Assembly: GCA_965200875.1 (NCBI GenBank)
Contig: OZ241456.1
Span: 1,664,001-1,728,000 of the forward strand
Source: Bdellovibrionales bacterium
GTDB taxonomy: Bacteria > Bdellovibrionota > Bdellovibrionia > Bdellovibrionales > UBA1609
Length of the DNA stretch: 64,000 nt
Direction of reading: 5' to 3'
A program made the position numbers and the translations under genes. Below, piece after piece: positions 57,951-64,000 of the stretch; the stretch's first letter is position 1; each line of letters opens with the position of its first letter. The notes beneath the pieces were generated by a model that saw only the letters and a list, made by a program, of their open reading frames with translations, made no database searches and was not told the origin of the DNA.

Positions 57951-58119
57951 ACTTTAATCTGATTGATAAACAACTGGCTTTTGTTCTAAAACAACATCTA
58001 AAAACCTCTAAAAAATGGGTAACAAAACCACAGCAAAAAAATCAACTTGACTTTTTGACTATCCTCTGATATTTATTTGCTTGTATCGTAATTAAACTTT
58101 AAACTAAGTGGGAAAATCT

Positions 58120-58548
58120 ATGAGTCAAGCTTTAATCAAACAAGTGCAATATCTCAAAGAAAATGGCTTCACAGAACAACAAGCCAATACCCTGATCTAT
58201 TTCCAAAGAGATCATATTGAACATGTAATGGCCACTAAGAAAGACCTCGCTGAAGTACACGCCAACTTAAAAAAAGACATCGAGTATGTCAAAAAAGACA
58301 TTGAATATCTGCGTACGGAAACTAAAAAAGACATTGAATATCTGCGTACGGAAACTAAAAAAGACATTGAATATCTGCGTACGGAAACTAAAAAAGATAT
58401 CGCAGAAATCAAAAAAGATATTGAATATCTGCGCACGGAAACTAAAAAAGATATCGCAGAAATCAAAAAAGACTTGATACTAAAACTTTCAGTGATTATG
58501 GGAAGTATGATTACCATTGCGGGGGTTCTCTTAGGATTCCTGAATTAA
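58120..58548 (+). CDS. CCDC90/DUF1640-like protein, copy 3
   Basis: ATG start MSQAL; stalk 7-11-11-11-7-11-7. Confidence 0.85.
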   Translation: MSQALIKQVQYLKENGFTEQQANTLIYFQRDHIEHVMATKKDLAEVHANLKKDIEYVKKDIEYLRTETKKDIEYLRTETKKDIEYLRTETKKDIAEIKKDIEYLRTETKKDIAEIKKDLILKLSVIMGSMITIAGVLLGFLN

Positions 58549-58717
58549 ACTTTAATCTGATTGATAAACAACTGGCTTTTGTTCTAAAACAACATCTAAA
58601 AACCTCTAAAAAATGGGTAACAAAACCACAGCAAAAAAATCAACTTGACTTTTCGACTATCCTCTGATATTCATTTGCTTGTATCGTAATTAAACTTTAA
58701 ACTAAGTGGGAAAATCT

Positions 58718-59167
58718 ATGAGTCAAGCTTTAATCAAACAAGTGCAATATCTTAAAGAAAATGGCTTCACAGAACAACAAGCCAATACCCTGATCTATTT
58801 CCAAAGAGATCATATTGAACATGTAATGGCCACCAAGAAAGACTTAGCTGAAGTTCACGCCAACTTAAAAAAAGACATCGAGTATGTCAAAAAAGACATC
58901 GAACAACTGCGCGCCGATACCAAAAAAGATATCGCAGAGGTCAAAAAAGACATTGAATATCTCCGTACGGAAACTAAAAAAGATATTGAATATCTGCGTA
59001 CGGAAACTAAAAAAGATATCGCAGAAATCAAAAAAGACATTGAATATCTGCGCACGGAAACTAAAAAAGATATCGCAGAAATCAAAAAAGACTTGATACT
59101 AAAACTTTCAGTGATTATGGGAAGTATGATTACCATTGCGGGGGTTCTCTTAGGATTCCTGAATTAA
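58718..59167 (+). CDS. CCDC90/DUF1640-like protein, copy 4
   Basis: Stalk 7-11-7-11-11-7-11-7. Confidence 0.85.
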   Translation: MSQALIKQVQYLKENGFTEQQANTLIYFQRDHIEHVMATKKDLAEVHANLKKDIEYVKKDIEQLRADTKKDIAEVKKDIEYLRTETKKDIEYLRTETKKDIAEIKKDIEYLRTETKKDIAEIKKDLILKLSVIMGSMITIAGVLLGFLN

Positions 59168-59356
59168 ACTTTAATCTGATTGATAAACAACTGGCTTTTG
59201 TTCTAAAACAACATCTAAAAACCTCTAAAGAATGGGTAATAAAATCACAACAATAAAAACCAACTTGACTTTTTGACTATCCTCTGATATTTATTTGCTT
59301 GTATCGTAATTAAACTTTAAACTAAGTATTAAACTTTAAACTAAGTGGGAAAATCT

Positions 59357-59764
59357 ATGAGTCAAGCTTTAATCAAACAAGTGCAATATCTTAAAGAAAA
59401 TGGCTTCACAGAACAACAAGCCAATACCCTGATCTATTTCCAAAGAGATCATATCGAACATGTAATGGCCACTAAGAAAGACCTCGCTGAAGTACACGCC
59501 AACTTAAAAAAAGACATCGAGTATGTCAAAAAAGACATTGAATATCTGCGTACGGAAACTAAAAAAGACATCGAACTTCTGCGCACGGAAACTAAAAAAG
59601 ACATTGAATATCTGCGCACGGAAACTAAAAAAGATATTGAATATCTGCGCACGGAAACTAAAAAAGATATCGCAGAAATCAAAAAAGACTTGATACTAAA
59701 ACTTTCAGTGATTATGGGAAGTATGATTACCATTGCGGGGGTTCTCTTAGGATTCCTGAATTAA
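59357..59764 (+). CDS. CCDC90/DUF1640-like protein, copy 5
   Basis: Stalk 7-11-11-11-11-7. Confidence 0.85.
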   Translation: MSQALIKQVQYLKENGFTEQQANTLIYFQRDHIEHVMATKKDLAEVHANLKKDIEYVKKDIEYLRTETKKDIELLRTETKKDIEYLRTETKKDIEYLRTETKKDIAEIKKDLILKLSVIMGSMITIAGVLLGFLN

Positions 59765-59933
59765 ACTTTAATCTGATTGATAAACAACTGGCTTTTGTTC
59801 TAAAACAACATCTAAAAACCTCTAAAAAATGGGTAACAAAACCACAGCAAAAAAATCAACTTGACTTTTCGACTATCCTCTGATATTCATTTGCTTGTAT
59901 CGTAATTAAACTTTAAACTAAGTGGGAAAATCT

Positions 59934-60404
59934 ATGAGTCAAGCTTTAATCAAACAAGTGCAATATCTTAAAGAAAATGGCTTCACAGAACAACAAGCCA
60001 ATACCCTGATCTATTTCCAAAGAGATCATATTGAACATGTAATGGCCACCAAGAAAGACTTAGCTGAAGTTCACGCCAACTTAAAAAAAGACATCGAGTA
60101 TGTCAAAAAAGACATCGAACAACTGCGCGCCGATACCAAAAAAGATATCGCAGAGGTCAAAAAAGACATTGAATATGTTAAAAAAGATATCGAACTTCTG
60201 CGCACGGAAACTAAAAAAGACATTGAATATCTGCGCACGGAAACTAAAAAAGATATCGCAGAAATCAAAAAAGACATTGAATATCTGCGCACGGAAACTA
60301 AAAAAGATATCGCAGAAATCAAAAAAGACTTGATACTAAAACTTTCAGTGATTATGGGAAGTATGATTACCATTGCGGGAGTTCTCTTAGGATTCCTGAA
60401 TTAA
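59934..60404 (+). CDS. CCDC90/DUF1640-like protein, copy 6
   Basis: Stalk 7-11-7-7-11-11-7-11-7. Confidence 0.85.
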   Translation: MSQALIKQVQYLKENGFTEQQANTLIYFQRDHIEHVMATKKDLAEVHANLKKDIEYVKKDIEQLRADTKKDIAEVKKDIEYVKKDIELLRTETKKDIEYLRTETKKDIAEIKKDIEYLRTETKKDIAEIKKDLILKLSVIMGSMITIAGVLLGFLN

Positions 60405-60471
60405 ACTTTAATCTGATTGATAAACAACTGGCTTTTGTTCTAAAACAACATCTAAAAACCTCTAAAAAACG

Positions 60472-60502
60472 AAAAAACCCGTCTGAGATAGACAGGCTTT
60501 TT
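60472..60502 (-). terminator. Intrinsic terminator between convergent genes
   Basis: Minus strand GCCTGTCT-ATCTC-AGACGGGT followed by a T-run. Confidence 0.6.
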
Positions 60503-60542
60503 CACAACAATGGAATTTATAAAATAAGAACAAAAATAAAGC

Positions 60543-61202
60543 TTATTGCCAGACAAAACCACTTACATCTTGTGAGATTAAATAATACCCCAAGGCGCTG
60601 TCTACTTTCGCACCTTTTAAATTCGCCCCTCGAAAATTCGTTTCTTTAACCTTCGCCCCGCGCAAATCCGCACCTTGCAAATTCGCATTACTAAAATTTG
60701 CACCGGTCAAATCCGTATTACTCAAATCTGCTCCACTCAAATTCGCATTACTAAAATTTATCCCTTGCAAAACCACACCACTATAATTTACCCCGCTCAA
60801 ATCCCTACCGCTAAAATCACCACCTGCTCCCGTGTCAGCACCTGCTCCTGTGTCAGCACCTGCTCCCGTGTCAGCTCCAGGTTGAACACCTGCTCCCGTG
60901 TCAGCACCTGCTCCTGTGTCAGCACCTGCTCCCGTGTCAGCTCCAGGTTGAACACCTGCTCCCGTGTCAGCACCAGGTTGAACACCTGCTCCCGTGTCAG
61001 CACCTGCTCCTGTGTCAGCACCTGCTCCCGTGTCAGCACCAGGTTGAACACCTGCTCCCGTGTCAGCACCAGGTTGAACACCTGCTCCGGCGGTGTTCGC
61101 ACCAGCTTCCGGCTGATTTTCTGCACCACTCGAACCAGTGTCTTTTTTCTCACAACCTAAAAAACATAAGCTTAAAAATAATAAAACAATTATAGTTTTC
61201 AT
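60543..61202 (-). CDS. Lipoprotein with Gly/Ala tandem-repeat linker and pentapeptide repeats
   Basis: Lipobox FLGC; GAGVQPGADT/GAGADT repeats; ANLSGADLS.. repeats. Confidence 0.88.
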   Translation of the reverse strand: MKTIIVLLFLSLCFLGCEKKDTGSSGAENQPEAGANTAGAGVQPGADTGAGVQPGADTGAGADTGAGADTGAGVQPGADTGAGVQPGADTGAGADTGAGADTGAGVQPGADTGAGADTGAGADTGAGGDFSGRDLSGVNYSGVVLQGINFSNANLSGADLSNTDLTGANFSNANLQGADLRGAKVKETNFRGANLKGAKVDSALGYYLISQDVSGFVWQ

Positions 61203-61310
61203 AAAATACTCCTTTTTAAAGTGAATTAATTATCCAGCTATCTTTATAACACTATCGGCTAAAATTATAAAAAAACTTTTCTCAAAAATTAAATAAAACA
61301 AATAGATAAG

Positions 61311-62624
61311 TTAAAAGAAATCGGCAAAACCGCCAGCAGAACAGTCGTTATAATTGGAGTCATCTTTTTCCAAATCATTTTCATATTCACTCAACATCTC
61401 CCATAACTTATCATTATGATCATCGTCAGGTTCTTTTGCACAATCGTGTCCTTTATCATCATCACTGCAAGCATTTTGCCAAGCGGTCCAACACATAAGC
61501 GTGCGTGCGCAACCCGCTGATCTGTCATCTGCATTTTCTACATCATTACAAACATTTTGTAAAAGCCCGAAAGCCAGATCAAATATATGTTCGTTTCCAT
61601 CACCTTCTTCAGCAGAATAAGCAAATATATTCCGTACACCCATATCCTCTCCGTGCATACAGGAAAGAGCGTTAAAAAGCTCTTTATCTCTTGTGGAAGA
61701 TAATTGAATTGTACCATCAGCTGACGAACCTTTATGATATCTAACTTTTATGTTATTAGCATTAGCTTCAAGTATCCAAATTCTCCTATTTGTACGCTTA
61801 TCAGCAGAATTAATAAGATCATTTTCATGACTATAACTATTCCCTCCTAGGCAAAGCTTATCATCATGATCAGGAACATTCTCATTCTCATGTGTAAATT
61901 TCAGATCCCCAGCCAAAGTCAAAAGCAAGGCTTCCAAAATATCATCTCCTTCATTTATGTCATCCTTTAAGATCTCTGCTGATTCTGCATCATCCTCCAC
62001 TAACCACTTAATGGTTTTTAACAACCGACTTCTTTTTACAGTATCAGTATCACCAGACGATGGCCCCAAGCCTGCCTTAATTTGTGTGATCCATTTTGTA
62101 ACACCAATTTGCACATAACATTTAAAATCGTCTCTGCTCACTCCATCATCATCATCGTCACCAATGTTATTCAGATCATCCTCCACTACTGCGGCAGATC
62201 TTGTTTTTTCGTTGCCCGTACCGGCTTTTCTTCCCATAAGGAGATCGTGAACTTTTTCCAGTTTACCTACTGTTTCGTCTCCTCTGTTCATGCAGAGTCT
62301 TTTTTCTTCAAATTCCTCGTAAATGCTTTCGCAAATCTCCTCGCAGGTTTCATTGCCTTTGCAAAGATCACCTTCGTCATCCTCACACTCTTCAGCTTCG
62401 TTATCATCGTCATCATCATCACTATCATCGTCATCGTCATCATCGTTGTTATTGCTATTTGTGCTAGCCTGATTCGTGGAATTTTGACTATCAAAAGCAG
62501 AACAGGAAACAAAAGAAGAACTGGCCATAGCCATCGTGACCATAAGGCTTAGGAAAAGCCATAAACGATTTTTTAACAAAGAAATTACAGGTCTAACCAT
62601 CACTATTTTTTTTAATAAATTCAT
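61311..62624 (-). CDS. Acidic Cys-rich probable lipoprotein
   Basis: Hydrophobic leader ending FVSC, poly-Asn/Asp tract, many cysteines. Confidence 0.78.
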   Translation of the reverse strand: MNLLKKIVMVRPVISLLKNRLWLFLSLMVTMAMASSSFVSCSAFDSQNSTNQASTNSNNNDDDDDDDSDDDDDDNEAEECEDDEGDLCKGNETCEEICESIYEEFEEKRLCMNRGDETVGKLEKVHDLLMGRKAGTGNEKTRSAAVVEDDLNNIGDDDDDGVSRDDFKCYVQIGVTKWITQIKAGLGPSSGDTDTVKRSRLLKTIKWLVEDDAESAEILKDDINEGDDILEALLLTLAGDLKFTHENENVPDHDDKLCLGGNSYSHENDLINSADKRTNRRIWILEANANNIKVRYHKGSSADGTIQLSSTRDKELFNALSCMHGEDMGVRNIFAYSAEEGDGNEHIFDLAFGLLQNVCNDVENADDRSAGCARTLMCWTAWQNACSDDDKGHDCAKEPDDDHNDKLWEMLSEYENDLEKDDSNYNDCSAGGFADFF

Positions 62625-62924
62625 CTTTTGTATCCTCTTTTTTTACTCTTATAAGGTTTACTATAAACTCCGTTCGGAAAATAAACTTGTGTTCTTAAAA
62701 ATTTTTCTGATTTCAAAACCAAGGTCCTGTATTATTAGTAAAGGGTTTTCTGTTTTTTTCATAAACATTCTTTTATTTTCCAGAAAAATAATATGAATAC
62801 TACACATTCAGGCAAGTTCATTCCACCTAAAGCCAACAACCGTGGCACTTTGTATGCGAGCACATAAAGATAAGAAATATTAAAATGATAGAAATATGTT
62901 AAAGGGTGTTTCACGCTCGACAAA

Positions 62925-63899
62925 TTAGAGCTTTAAGCTTTCCTGTAGCTCTTTAATTTTCTCTGCTGATACACCAGTGATTTCAATGATATCAGAAATC
63001 TGCATATTTTTTTTGAGCATATTCAAAGCTATTTGTTCCATGCCTGTCTTCAAGCCTTTTTGCATGCCTTGTTCTATGCCTTCTTCTCGGCCTTTGTTAA
63101 AGGCATAAGCTTTCTCTGCACGCTGATCTCTTAAAAACTTCTCTCGTGCTTCCTCTTCTCGGCGCAAATCCTCATCCTGGGACAAATCTTTTAAATGTTC
63201 CATTGCTCTTCTCATCTCTTCCCCCTTACTCGTTGATAATATATCCCACTCTCTTTTTCCTATGTGGCAGGACTCTTTTAAAAGATAGCACCATAAGTCC
63301 CGCAAATCAACTATCTCCTTCAGACTCTCTGGCCTCGCTCTCATAAACTTACTTAATTCCACAAACACTATCTTTTCATCATCGATCAAGGAAGAATGTG
63401 GCTCTTTATCCGATCGCAAAGAAAAGGAATTGATAAAATCTCTATATTTTTTTACCGGAAGAACATCAAAGTCTGTGAAAATCAAGGAATATGCAGGGCA
63501 AATACTGCTGTAATCTGCTGACTTCTTTAAACTCTCCGTGTAAAGTCTAGACCAATAAAAAAGCACTCTTTTCAAAAAACCTATTTTTAAGACAGACTGT
63601 ATTTCCACATTCACAGTTTCTCCGGTACTGAGTCTTATTCTCAAATCCAGAACAATTTGCTTGTTGTCTGCCAAAGAGGGATAAAGGGAGCTATCTAAGA
63701 GAGTTAATGTTTCTTCATCAACAAGGGAATCCAATGCTTTTTTATCTCCTATGAAGGATATATCTTGCACTTTTTGATTGGGAGGAAGAGGCAAAAAGGC
63801 ATTTAAAAGAGATTTCAGGACTTCTTTGTTTTTAGAGAAATAGGTCTTGAACATGAGGTCCTGGCTTAAGTTTAAAAATTTGCTACGATTTGTTTTCAT
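62925..63899 (-). CDS. Rpn family PD-(D/E)XK nuclease/putative transposase
   Basis: DLMFKTYF, LDLRI..VNVEIQ, KRVLFYWSRLY, FVELSKF, GREEGIEQG tail; start moved to ATG 63899 behind AAGGAG. Confidence 0.9.
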   Translation of the reverse strand: MKTNRSKFLNLSQDLMFKTYFSKNKEVLKSLLNAFLPLPPNQKVQDISFIGDKKALDSLVDEETLTLLDSSLYPSLADNKQIVLDLRIRLSTGETVNVEIQSVLKIGFLKRVLFYWSRLYTESLKKSADYSSICPAYSLIFTDFDVLPVKKYRDFINSFSLRSDKEPHSSLIDDEKIVFVELSKFMRARPESLKEIVDLRDLWCYLLKESCHIGKREWDILSTSKGEEMRRAMEHLKDLSQDEDLRREEEAREKFLRDQRAEKAYAFNKGREEGIEQGMQKGLKTGMEQIALNMLKKNMQISDIIEITGVSAEKIKELQESLKL

Positions 63900-64000
63900 G
63901 GTAAAGCTCCTTTGAAAAGGTGGTTTATTGTTAATAAATAGTTCATGCAAAATCCGTGCCAAAATGATCTCAGCTAATATTTATCCCATAAAAATAGTCC

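Noticed and set aside
57227..60373. Antisense and alternate-frame ORFs over the array (MVIILP.., MSKKT..)
   Set aside because: Expected shadows of stop-poor tandem repeats; no independent evidence of coding
60675..61160. Cys/Ser-rich + strand ORF and alternate-frame - strand ORF
   Set aside because: Shadows of the GAGADT tandem repeat

Overview
AT-rich bacterial chromosome segment. The gene repertoire (GYF_2/TPR protein, Ser/Thr kinase-PEGA, single-Cys DksA, degenerate GGDEF protein, PF08886-type GshA) suggests Bdellovibrionota; this placement is inference only. Housekeeping genes: lysA, lysC, speA, speB, tig, gshA, greA, alr, purH, addAB, coaE, nadK, ddl-ftsQ-ftsA-ftsZ. Accessory elements: (1) an AlbA_2/HATPase + ParA-like gene pair bracketed by a 41-bp direct repeat (13.5-15.8 kb); (2) a nested non-coding array of 11-bp-phased TGTCGTCT boxes with 124-bp higher-order period and IHF-like sites, inside a ~41-bp direct repeat (20.9-21.7 kb); (3) a defence island (23-31.6 kb) with an IS1111-type IS110 and candidate bridge RNA, an E2-only CBASS (CD-NTase, E2, patatin) preceded by an uncalled 54-aa GIY-YIG-like ORF, a divergent CapH/CapP-like pair, and a MunI-like C-R-M system with C-box; (4) six tandem CCDC90/DUF1640-like membrane-anchored coiled-coil genes whose stalks are different combinations of 7- and 11-residue modules giving six different lengths (57-60.4 kb), followed by repeat-rich lipoproteins and an Rpn nuclease. 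No rRNA, tRNA or CRISPR-Cas locus was recognised. All family calls come from motif recognition by eye, not database searches.
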